DNA from: Podarcis melisellensis
Taxonomy: Eukaryota
Direction: 5' to 3' (one strand)
DNA: 64,000 bases
Assembly (NCBI GenBank): GCA_964234715.1
Contig: OZ174287.1
Part shown: piece after piece, positions 1 through 9,518 of the stretch
Numbering within the stretch: position 1 is the stretch's first letter
Layout of the letters: the number at the start of each line of letters is the position of its first letter
Translations under genes and position numbers: made by a program
Notes under the pieces: generated by a model
What the model was told of the DNA's origin: nothing
Seen by the model: the letters and a program-made list of their open reading frames with translations, nothing else
Databases searched by the model: none

Positions 1-73
1 CAGACTGTCCCACACAGTGCTGGGATAGTGTTATCAGAAGGTTCAGGGGTGGCTGCTATAGCCCCAAACACTG

Positions 74-74
<1 letters not shown>

Positions 75-122
<48 letters not shown>
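75..122. repeat. (TG)24 microsatellite
   Basis: Direct reading. Confidence 0.98.
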
Positions 123-123
<1 letters not shown>

Positions 124-2430
124 TTTCTCAACTGTTTACCCTTTCCTGCTGATGATATTCATAGGTGACACCTGACACTTGAGGGCTTGTGCTTTCCTTC
201 CCTTGGTCTTTCCATTTTTGGACTTTCTCTCTCTCCCTATTTTCTGCATACTTGCCATGCCCCTACTGTGTTCTTCCCTCTATGTAGCCCTGCGTTCACT
301 GCCATACAAGTTGGCACTTCACTGGGTAGTAGGCCTAAACCACCAACAGCCAGACACACTGACCCATTGCACCACAGGAGGGCAGGGAATAATAACTGTG
401 GATCTCAAAAGGCAGAGTCTCCTGAGCAAGGATAGACGAAAGCTTATTTGTGGGGTTTAAGGACATAAAAACCTTAGATGGTGTGTTGTTACAAGTTTTC
501 TGATTGAGCTGGGTGTTTTGAACTTCCTAGCAAATAAGGAACCAACAACTAGTTAATCAACTGTGCAGCATCACATCAGCCTCCTGCTGATAATATCCTT
601 CTTTAATGACATTTTCCTTACAGACAGAGGAAGCTTTCTGTTTATTTAAAGGTAGGGAAGGTGTCTGTCATTTTGAGCCCTAGGCATGGCAGTGGCAAGT
701 CAAAGGTGGGGGGAAACATTCTGCATGTGCCCAGACACAGTATTCCCCAGGTTCCAGGATTGAATATTTTTGAGTCATAGCTGAATTGAGACCTAAATCA
801 TACTCATTTTTCCTGTGATCCTCAGAGCTCCTTTTGTTTCGATTTTGTAGGTTTTTCAAATCCAGCCCAGTGAATACTTCTAGTTCCTCAACTTTGGTTG
901 CAGATCCGTTCCTAAATTCTGGAGGACTTGGAACCTGTTCAATGGAAAGGGGGTGAATGTGTTTGCCACCCTGAGGTAAAACAATTTTCAGATAGCCTCT
1001 TGCAGCAAAAAAATACAAATGAGTTTCCTAGTAAGTACTTTAAAGACTTGAAACATTCTGTATACTTGACATTCATGTCCATCACAATATCCCTCCTAAT
1101 GGCATTTTAAAGAGCAGATTGGGGAATCTTTGGAGATGGAAATGGAATCAATGCTGTCCAACTTGACAAGGCTGTTGTGAGAATCAGATAAGGGTTGTAG
1201 AGTGTTTTGCAAGTCAATGAAAGTGCTACAGAAACCATAGCAAGCCAGATTAGCCTAACTGATACTGGTGGTTTGCTTAAATTACCCATTCTTGTCCAAT
1301 AGAAAGGGAGAAGCTAATGATTCCCCTTTAGCAAGTCTTCCCAGCTCCCCATCTGCATTACTTTGGTTATTGAAAATTGTGTCTATGTAGGGCCAGTATT
1401 TAAGGTTGGTAATTTCAGGCATGTGCTGAGATCCATGCCTCAAAAAAGGGTCACTACCAACCCCTCTGCTATTTCGGCCTTTTCACTGAAAGCAACTGAG
1501 CTGCAAAAGGAGTAGCAGGACTAGCCTCCTCTGCTCATCTTGCCATCTCCTTCTGGGAAGCTGTATGGATTGGGTCCAGAGGGAGAGAGCTAGCAAATGG
1601 GCAGTGGTCACAGCAATGAGGAGGAAGGGGGTTTGCTAAGGGCATCTTGCCTGCCATTTCCCAAGATAGTACCTCCACAAAGTCTAATAGAGTTGGCATT
1701 TATCATGTTATCTTCCCACAAGGAAGGTGATTCCAGGTGATGAAACTGCTGTGTGAAAAACTAGCCATGGTTTTACTGGCAATGGAATGCTGAATACGGT
1801 TGTGCTTTGGAGTAGTAAAGTGTTTCCAATACTTTGATTGTTACTCTCTCAAAAACCCTATAAAATACATCACTGGGCAGAACTGAGGGCAGGGGTAACC
1901 TCCTGTATGTGCTTAATGGATTTAGGAATAAAGTACTTAAAAACAGTATTTTGACATACAATAACCTGGCTAGGGGACAACACTGAGATAGTGACTTATT
2001 TAAGGGCACCCAGTGAGTCAGTGATTCAAGTGGGACTTGATCCTCAGAATCCCAGGACAACCTTCCCATTGTGCTTGGATAATATCTGCTGGCTCTTAGT
2101 TCTCTAGCTTGTGGCAGAGGTCAGAATGTCCTTCCTCTTACTTCTGTACTTCTGCAGTATAGCAACAAGGACTGGAAGCATTGTTCTATTTTTAAAAAAA
2201 TATGAAAGGTTCAGGAAGCTGACTTCTGCACCAAATACTCCATTTCCTTCCCAGTGAGTGTTATAACAGGCTCTGATATTTGTTTAATAATTTGGTTGAT
2301 GGAGTGCAAATACTATAGCAGTCAAGGAACAACCTGGGGTGAGGTTTAAAGTGCTGACTTGCACTCAGTGTTTATTGGATATCCTTTTCTCTCCCTGCAC
2401 AGATGCGTCCCTCTGGGATGTGGATGTAGG

Positions 2431-2454
2431 ATGTTAGAACATCAAGTAGAAGAG
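2431..2454 (+). CDS. SNX11: SNX11 first coding exon (exon 2403-2454; MLEHQVEE)
   Basis: Pyrimidine tract and acceptor (ccttttctctccctgcacag, AG 2401-2402); donor GTAAGA at 2455. In-frame LGCGCRMLEHQVEE resembles the human SNX11 N-terminus MGFWCRMSENQEQE (recalled). Confidence 0.8.
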
Positions 2455-2486
2455 GTAAGACCTTGGTCATTAACACATGTGATTAC

Positions 2487-2686
2487 NNNNNNNNNNNNNN
2501 NNNNNNNNNNNNNNNNNNNNNNNNNNNNNNNNNNNNNNNNNNNNNNNNNNNNNNNNNNNNNNNNNNNNNNNNNNNNNNNNNNNNNNNNNNNNNNNNNNNN
2601 NNNNNNNNNNNNNNNNNNNNNNNNNNNNNNNNNNNNNNNNNNNNNNNNNNNNNNNNNNNNNNNNNNNNNNNNNNNNNNNNNNNNNN
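2487..2686. other. Assembly gap (200 N placeholder)
   Basis: Run of exactly 200 N, abutting a Sauria SINE on its right. Confidence 0.99.
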
Positions 2687-2857
2687 GCACGGAAACGCCA
2701 TTTACCTTCCCGCCAGAGCGGTACCTATTTATCTACTTGCACTTTGAGCAGGGACCGAGCAATGGGAGCTCACCCCATCCCGGGGATTCGAACCGCCAAC
2801 CTTCTGATCAGCAGGTACTAGGCTCTGTGGTTTAACCCACAGCGCCACCCGCATCCC
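2687..2857 (-). mobile_element. Sauria SINE, 5' half (cut by gap)
   Basis: Minus strand starts gggatgcgggtggcgctgtgggttaaacc with B-box-like ggttcgaatccc; overlaps in sequence with the copy at 39013-39118. Confidence 0.9.
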
Positions 2858-3204
2858 TATAACTGAGAGTTAACTGCCTGTATTCCAGTCCCTCTGGCAA
2901 CTGCACAGAATTTGGAAGAGAAGTTAACTTTGCATCACGGGCAGGCAGAAGGCAAGAGACAGCAGGAATTCTCCTGCTATTTGTTTCTTACCTTTTCCAA
3001 AGCTCTGCACAAGTGAGACAAGACTCCAAGAGAGCCCATTAGCAGGCACAGAGGGAAGAAAGATACAGTTTCTCTTGCTTGTGATGGAGTTTGGAGAATA
3101 AAAAAAGAGCAGGAGAAAATCTTGCTGCTTCTTCCCTTCTCCAGGCTGCAGTGCAAAGAAGTCTGAATGAGACTTCTAGGAGTCATGGGTACTCTCCATT
3201 GGCA

Positions 3205-3370
3205 CCTTATATTGGTCCACACAGCTCAGTATTGTCTCCATTGGCATGCAGCAGCAGCAGCCTTCCAAGGTTTCAGACAGGGTTCTCCCTGCCTCTGCTT
3301 GGAGATGCCGTGGATTGAACCTCAAACCTTCTATGTAGAAAGCAGATGTTCTGCCATTAAGCTACAACCC
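3205..3370 (-). mobile_element. Old tRNA-derived SINE
   Basis: Minus-strand head gtagcttaatggcagaacatctgct...ggttcaatcc; related copies near 4600, 5990, 21900, 31200 and 48350. Confidence 0.65.
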
Positions 3371-3966
3371 TAATCCAGGGATTGTGCTGGTCCTTATGCT
3401 ATAACAGAGTGACCTCTGAGAAAACAGAAGCTAGCCATCTCTGGATTAGAGGATTATGTGGAGGATGGCTGGGAGTCAAACTATCTTGGGGACCTTACCT
3501 GCTAGTTTAGAGGCTGGACCACCAGATCATGTAGATTAATAAGGGTTGGCTAGCACAATGCCCCCATCATGTTACCTTTTTCTGCAGCATCTGACTGACA
3601 ACTGCTGGGCTAGATGAATCTTTGGTCTGATTTCCCCTAAGACAATTTTTATTTGGGCTCTCATCCCACTGCCTGCCTTGGCTGATCAAGTAGTAATAAT
3701 AATAATAATAATAATAGTCACATTTCCGAGGCCTCAGTTGTAGGTACCTCTCTGAGAGGCAGAAGAAAATGTAAGACAAACAGATCTGTTGCTAATAGTT
3801 AAAGGACAGTAAACAGAAAAATGCCATTCTTTTAATAGCAAAAAAATCAAATGGCAAGCATGCTCTTTGCTGACACAGTCTCACCTGTTGGTCAATGCAA
3901 TCTTTAGTTCAGTCATCATAATGATTAAAAGTTTGCATCTCCAGTTCTCATGGCACAAAGTGTCTA

Positions 3967-4189
3967 CAGTGGTACCTCGGGTTAAGAACTTAATTCGTTC
4001 TGGAGGTCCGTTCTTAACCTGAAACTGTTCTTAACCTGAGGTACCACTTTAGCTAATGGGGCCTCCCGCTGCCACTGTGCCGCCGCCGCGTGATTTCTGT
4101 TCTCATCCTGAGGTACTACGTCCGGGTTAGCGGAGTCTGTAACCTGAAGCTTTTGTAATCTGAAGCGTTTGTAACCCGAGGTACCACTG
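3967..4189. mobile_element. Tc1/mariner-superfamily MITE
   Basis: Perfect 18-bp TIRs CAGTGGTACCTCGGGTTA; TA target duplication at 3965-66 and 4190-91. Confidence 0.93.
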
Positions 4190-4316
4190 TATAATGCTAG
4201 TGCGGCTTTAACAAAATGGCCAGCAGAGGGAGACAGCTTGAAAAAAGAGCCTGAGATAAGAAAATGAAAGGGGGGGACGGAATCTCAGAGCAACACTCTC
4301 TCTTCTCATTATGCAG

Positions 4317-4417
4317 ACCAACAGCAAAGCCTTCACAGCCAAGACATCCTGTGTACGCAGACGGTACCGTGAGTTTGTGTGGCTGAAGAAACGGCTGCAG
4401 AAAAATGCCGGCTTGGT
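4317..4417 (+). CDS. SNX11: SNX11 PX-domain exon ([34 protein letters not shown])
   Basis: CAG acceptor, GTAAGT donor, 101 nt, PX signature [17 protein letters not shown] matches SNX11 rather than SNX10 (TNSMCFTMKTS). Confidence 0.97.
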
Positions 4418-4594
4418 GTAAGTGTGAAATGGCAATCTTTTCAGAGCCTGCTGTACCCTGTCTGCTAACCCTATGAAAAACGTCACCAGGATAGGCAGGG
4501 CCTATGCCCCAATATAGCTCTGTTGAAAATAAAACTAGTTGAGGTTTCTAAATGCATTTGTTTGAATAGAAGCCTTTAAAATGTGCCTAATGAA

Positions 4595-4790
4595 GAGCAG
4601 CTCATTGGGGAGCACATGCTTTGCATGCAGAGGATCCCATGTTCATTCCCTGATGTCTAAAGTTAAAAGTGATCTGGAGTTAACAGTGCTGGGAAAAAGA
4701 TCCCCTGCCTGACACCTTTGGAGAGCTGCTGCCAGTCAGAGATGTTACTGGCAAGAAGGAGCAACAGCTACCCTCTGAATAAGGCTGCTT
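4595..4790 (+). mobile_element. Old tRNA-derived SINE
   Basis: cagctcattggggagcacatgctttgcatgcagaggatcccatgttcattccc head; same family as 5990. Confidence 0.6.
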
Positions 4791-5349
4791 TATATGTTGA
4801 TTTCTTTTGTTAGAACTTAGAAGAGGCTTGCAATTTACCTTTTGCAAAGTTCATGTTACATCTATTAACTTGCAGGTGAGCCCAGCTCTGCTACTGATCT
4901 AGCATCTGCTCTGATACTGATCTAGCATCCTGAAACCTACATAACGTTTCTGCAAATCCAGCCTGATAATTTAGTGCTGAGGACCATTCAAAGACATCAG
5001 CTTCACCTTGCAGAAATGCTGAGTTTTTCATAAGGGGACCTGTCATGTGCTAACAGCTCCTGTCAGTCCTGTGGAAGATGTGCATCTCACTAATGTGCTT
5101 TGACCAGTTTCATTGCCAAAATCAAAGGAGTCGTGTGAGAGTTTGTTGGAAGTCATTTTCATTCCTGACAAGAGCAAAATGCAGGAGGTAGCTGATAGAA
5201 CTAGTAGTTTCCAGAGGGTTCCCTTTTCAATAGTGCACAACAAGCTCTTGGAATATAGTCAGAGACTGGAAGCATCTCTTTTCCTATTAATGTGCATGCA
5301 ACTTGACTGGAGTGTCTTCATTCTTACCCCCCCCTCCCCAATCTTTCAG

Positions 5350-5448
5350 GCCTGTCCCAGAACTTCCAGGGAAGTCCACCTTCTTTGCAGGCAGCACTGA
5401 TGAATTCATTGAGAAGCGGAGGCAAGGGCTTCAGCAGTTCCTGGAGAA
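5350..5448 (+). CDS. SNX11: SNX11 PX-domain exon (PVPELPGKSTFFAGSTDEFIEKRRQGLQQFLEK)
   Basis: tttcag acceptor, GTGAGT donor, phase 2-2. PX proline loop PELPGK and RRQGL helix. Confidence 0.97.
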
Positions 5449-5987
5449 GTGAGTAGAAAGTAGGAATGAAGGTGGGGGAGGGCAGAGTTATGAGCTTGGA
5501 TGCTGTCATACATTTGGCAGAAATGTGGGTATATGTTGGGCTTCTCCATAAGAAAGAACGTTCCCATGAACTGTTACATTAATGTGTTCCATTCCCCATA
5601 ATCTGCCCCTTTCTTTTCCCCTTCTGGCCTAGGATAAGTGCGTTTAGCTTCAGTTGCACTTCTTTTTTAATTCTTACCCTGTCCTCCTGTTAAGAAGCTT
5701 TGGGTGTAAGGTGGGGTCACCCTGCTTTATCTTTGAAAGCTTTCTGCAAGGTAGCCTAGGCCAGAGAGAGACGGATGCCTTGGCCTAGGGTTACCCAGAG
5801 GACTTTATGGTGGAAGGTCTTCTCCTAGTCCTAGTCCTTTGCTATCCCGGCTCTCACTTGTGGAGACTGACTTAGAAATGTAGTTGGAGTGAGCAGCAGT
5901 TAGCCCAGAGTGAAGGCAACATCTCCCTTCCTCCACTTGGCTGATCCCCACGGCAAGGAAGGTGCTCTATTGTGCTGTCAGGGGAAG

Positions 5988-6153
5988 CGCAATAGCTCAG
6001 TGGTTGAGTACATGCTTCACATGCAGCAGGTCTTGGATTCAGATCCTGTAATTTCCAGGTCAGCCTGGGAAAGGCTCCTACCTGAATGCAGGAGAGCCAA
6101 TGTCAGTGGACAGTACTGAACCATTGGTCGGACTTGGTATAAGGCAATTTCCT
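5988..6153 (+). mobile_element. Old tRNA-derived SINE
   Basis: A-box tagctcagtgg, degenerate B-box, body ending gtataaggcaatttcct. Confidence 0.65.
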
Positions 6154-6555
6154 GTATATCTCATGGCCCTTTAAAACTTGGAGAGTTAGACATGCCAGCT
6201 CTGTGGTGCTGTCTTTCAGTATGTGGAAAATACAACATAGCGGTTATGTGTTGTGTTTCTCCTGGCCTCTACAAAGATGGTGTGCAGATGTAATCATTCA
6301 ACCTGAGTATTCTCCAGGTGTCTCAAGCAATTTGTTGGAAATAACAGTTTGAGAAACATTATATCTATTTATTTTTAAAGAATAGTTATACCTTACATTT
6401 CCACTTAAAACAAACCTGCCACAATACCCAAAGTGACTTCCAACATGTTTTAAAGTAGTAATGGGTTAGATCAGGTTGGCGAACCTATAGCCCTGCTGTG
6501 CTGTACTGTACTGTACTGTGGGATCACTTGTAGCTAAGTAAGATTGTCTTCCATG

Positions 6556-6989
6556 CAAAGGCATCGTGTGGAGAGTGCAGTGGGTGCCGTGCCCCTGGGC
6601 GCAGTTTTGAGAGGGGGCGCAAACAGGCACCCCCATAGCAGGCTCCTTCATAGGAGCCTGGTTCTGCACCAGGAGCTGCCCTCTGGCTGCGGTGCTTGTG
6701 GCTGGCACAGCTCCACCCACAAGTCAGGCCTGACCTGGGAAGGAGAGCAGGCGAGTGGGTGGCAGTGCTGTCACCCACCCTCCTCAGCTGCGGCACACCT
6801 CATGCCCAGCGGCAGCAGCTCTCCCACTGGGTCATGTCTGACCCAGGCCTGACCCGGCAGCAGAGAGCAGAAAGAGAGTGGGTAGCAGCTTCCCTGCCCC
6901 TCTCCTACATTGAACTGTGGTGCATGGGAGGGTGCCCTCCACACCCCGTGCGCCTGCCCCAGGCAGTGCGGGCACACGCTCTGCCACTG
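6556..6989. mobile_element. hAT-type MITE (GC-rich)
   Basis: 8-bp TSD CTTCCATG at 6548-6555 and 6990-6997; right TIR ...ctctgccactg, left TIR degenerate. Confidence 0.8.
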
Positions 6990-7014
6990 CTTCCATGAAT
7001 ATGGTATTAACAGT

Positions 7015-7380
7015 TTGTCTGTGGGGGCCAATTCTGGATCCGCACATCCTTCCACAGCGGGGACATAGGTTTCCAGGTGGGAGTAGATCACGGTGAGGAT
7101 TTGCCAAATGTGCCTTCCACTTAGCTCATTTCTCCCTTTCATCCTGAGTTTGTGCCTCTTCAAAGTCCATGACGCCTTTGGTAGAGGCTGTTCTTCAACT
7201 GGAGCACTCGCAGGCCAGTGTTTCCCAGTTGTCAGTGTTTATACTGCATTTTTTGAGATTTGCCTTGAGAGAGTCTTTAAACCTCTTTTGTTTAAACCTC
7301 ATCATGCTTTCCATTCTTAAGTTGGGAATAAAGTAGTTGCTTTGGAAGACAATAATCAGGCATCCGAACAACATGACCAG
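7015..7380 (-). mobile_element. RTE-clade LINE, degenerate ORF 3' end
   Basis: Minus frames give KQKRFKDSLKANLKKCSINTDNWETLA and terminal CPRCGRMCGSRIG, typical of RTE C-termini; frameshifts and stops present. Confidence 0.85.
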
Positions 7381-7670
7381 GCTGCTGGAATACAACTCCC
7401 ATGAAGTCTTAACTTGATAGCGGAACAGGACTGTCCCTACCATTAGGCTGAGAGGTTGTCACTTTGAGCAGCAGATGCTTGGAGGTAGACAGCCTTCACT
7501 GAACCCTATGATTGTTCTCTTTTGTAGCGCAGAGGTTTGTGTGCATTTGGCTTATCTCTCACTCCCTTAGCTGGCCTGCCGAAAGCTAAGACTTGGCCAT
7601 GTGGAAGAGAAGGGCAGGAAGGGCTGCTTGATCTGGGAAGAAGTCCTAGGGAAGGTTCTCTTGTACAGAA

Positions 7671-7747
7671 ATAATAATATAATAACAATTTATTATTTAT
7701 ACCCCGCCCATCTGGCTGGGCTTCCCCAGCCACTCTGGGCGGCTTCC
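7671..7747 (-). mobile_element. LINE (L2-like) 3' tail with (TTA)n-type end
   Basis: Minus strand ggaagccgcccagagtggctggggaagcccagccagatgggcggggtataaataataaa followed by a tta-rich tail. Confidence 0.65.
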
Positions 7748-7848
7748 AAAAAAATATTAAAATACTGTAATACAGAAAGCATGGTTTACCAGACACTGTT
7801 TGCTATCCCTTTGGTTTGGTACTTACTACCTTCCATTTTCTTTTCGAG

Positions 7849-8061
7849 GGTGGTACAGAATGTTGTGCTCCTTTCGGATAGCCAGCTGCACCTCTTCCTC
7901 CAAAGCCAGCTCTCTATACCAGAGATTGAAGCTTGCGTCCAGGGTCGGGGCTCTCTGAGCGTCACAGATGCCATTCTCCATTACGCCATGTCGAACTGTG
8001 GTTGGGTGCAGGAGGAGGACAGCCATACTGCTTTGCTGGCCAAAGGGGACTTCAGCAGCAG
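7849..8061 (+). CDS. SNX11: SNX11 exon, end of PX plus extended-PX helices ([32 protein letters not shown]...[11 protein letters not shown]...GDFSS)
   Basis: Lies within ORF 7601-8065; 213 nt, phase 2-2; acceptor ttttcGAG, donor GTAAT at 8062. Near-identical to recalled human SNX11. Confidence 0.97.
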
Positions 8062-8513
8062 GTAATCGGAACTGGGTGTGTTGGTGCAGTTTGTACTAGA
8101 TGCTGAAAACTCTGAAGCGAATCTAGAATCAAAACAGTTCCCATCTGGGGGGAAAGAGAGCTGGATTGGAAGAGAAAGGTCAGTATTTGAATGGGAAATC
8201 AGTTGCGTATGAGCTCTGCTCCCGTCTCTTCTCTCTCCCAGAGACAGGGCAGAAAAAGTAGAGTAGTGCCACAGTTTCCAGGAACATCATGCTTTCCACC
8301 TCCTCCTCAATCAAGTGCCATCAGCCTCTTTAATCAAGTAAGCAAGGCTTGGACATCACCAAGCAATTAACCCCCGCACTACAGGCTTTTTCAGTAGTTG
8401 GATTTCATCATTTCCCATAATCTTAAAAAAACAGTTATGGTTTTGAGCCAAAGGGGGGTGAACTAAATTCTGGTCTTGAAAGCTTTTTTCTCTTTCAGAT
8501 GTAGTTTTGTTGA

Positions 8514-8514
<1 letters not shown>

Positions 8515-8552
<38 letters not shown>
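8515..8552. repeat. (TG)19 microsatellite
   Basis: Direct reading. Confidence 0.98.
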
Positions 8553-8555
<3 letters not shown>

Positions 8556-9385
8556 AGTGAGGTTTAAGTTACTGAGTACAGTATTTTCTGCACTATTTTC
8601 CTGCTCATCTACAATTGTGTGCCGTTCTTCCATCTCCCGCTCTTCCTTAATTCAGTGGTGCTTTGATGTTAGACTGACTATGGTTCTTGACCAGTCAAAA
8701 CAGCTACACCATACTTCCCAAGAGATAAACTGCAGCATTCTTCCATATCACACAGGATTCCTGGGTGCGCCATTTGAAAGTGTGGTGCTTTGTCTCTCTA
8801 AGGCTAAGCAACTGTGTGCATGGGAGGGGGGCAATCCTAACCATATTTCTCAGAGCAGGGGTGAGCAGAGGTCATGCTTGCAGGATCTGTTTTGGTTTTT
8901 ACTAGAACCCCAAGATCTACCAATCAGAGTCAGGTACAAAAAAAACCCATTGGAATTAAATTAATCTGTCGCCAGAAATTTGTTTTCAGTAGCAGAATGG
9001 GGGGGAGGGGGTCAATTTCTTGTGCCCTCTTTCCAGCTTTCTTAATAACTGGGGTGGTGGATGGGAGTTATTTGGTTGTTGCCATTGTTAAACAATTGGA
9101 AGCCAAAAACGCTTGCTGACCTACTTCAAATCACCTAGAGCTCTCCCAGGAGATCCTGATGTGCCATCTGCCCACCTCTGTCTTAAACGATACATTGGCA
9201 GTATAGGTGTAAATGTGTTTGGTCTGATTCCAAACCAAGTAACTCTGGGATGTATAGTTCTGTGAAGGAACCAGAGATTGCCAACAAAGTATCATCTCTC
9301 TTCCCTTCCTTCCCCTTTTTCTTGAAACCCAACCCTCTTTTTCTCTTACCTCCTTGTTTTGAAACCCAACCCTCTTTTCCAAAAG

Positions 9386-9518
9386 CTCTGTGGAATCTCA
9401 CCCTCATTGGAGTGACATCAGCATGGAAGACAGCCAATTGGAGAGCCCGGATTCTGAGGAAGAGGAGCCACTGCCGGTTGACTCCGTAGCATCAGCTGAC
9501 CTTGTCAAGGAACAGTGA
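9386..9518 (+). CDS. SNX11: Probable SNX11 last coding exon (SVESHPHWSDISMEDSQLESPDSEEEEPLPVDSVASADLVKEQ*)
   Basis: Long pyrimidine tract ending ...ccaaaAG; phase-2 entry matches the upstream exon; open acidic Ser/Pro-rich tail to TGA 9516-9518. This tail is poorly conserved, so homology support is weak. Confidence 0.65.

Noticed and set aside
2359-2835. ORFs spanning the N gap
   Set aside because: Artefacts of translating Ns; only 2431-2454 is coding.
4892-4929. Short direct repeats (also ~12490 and ~48830)
   Set aside because: Two-copy slippage duplications with no array structure.
6466-6998. Overlapping ORFs on both strands
   Set aside because: GC-rich MITE interior with few stops; no protein signature.
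8656-8790. Acceptor-like sites at ~8655 and ~8756 as extra SNX11 exons
   Set aside because: Phase-2 entry meets a stop within 7 codons.
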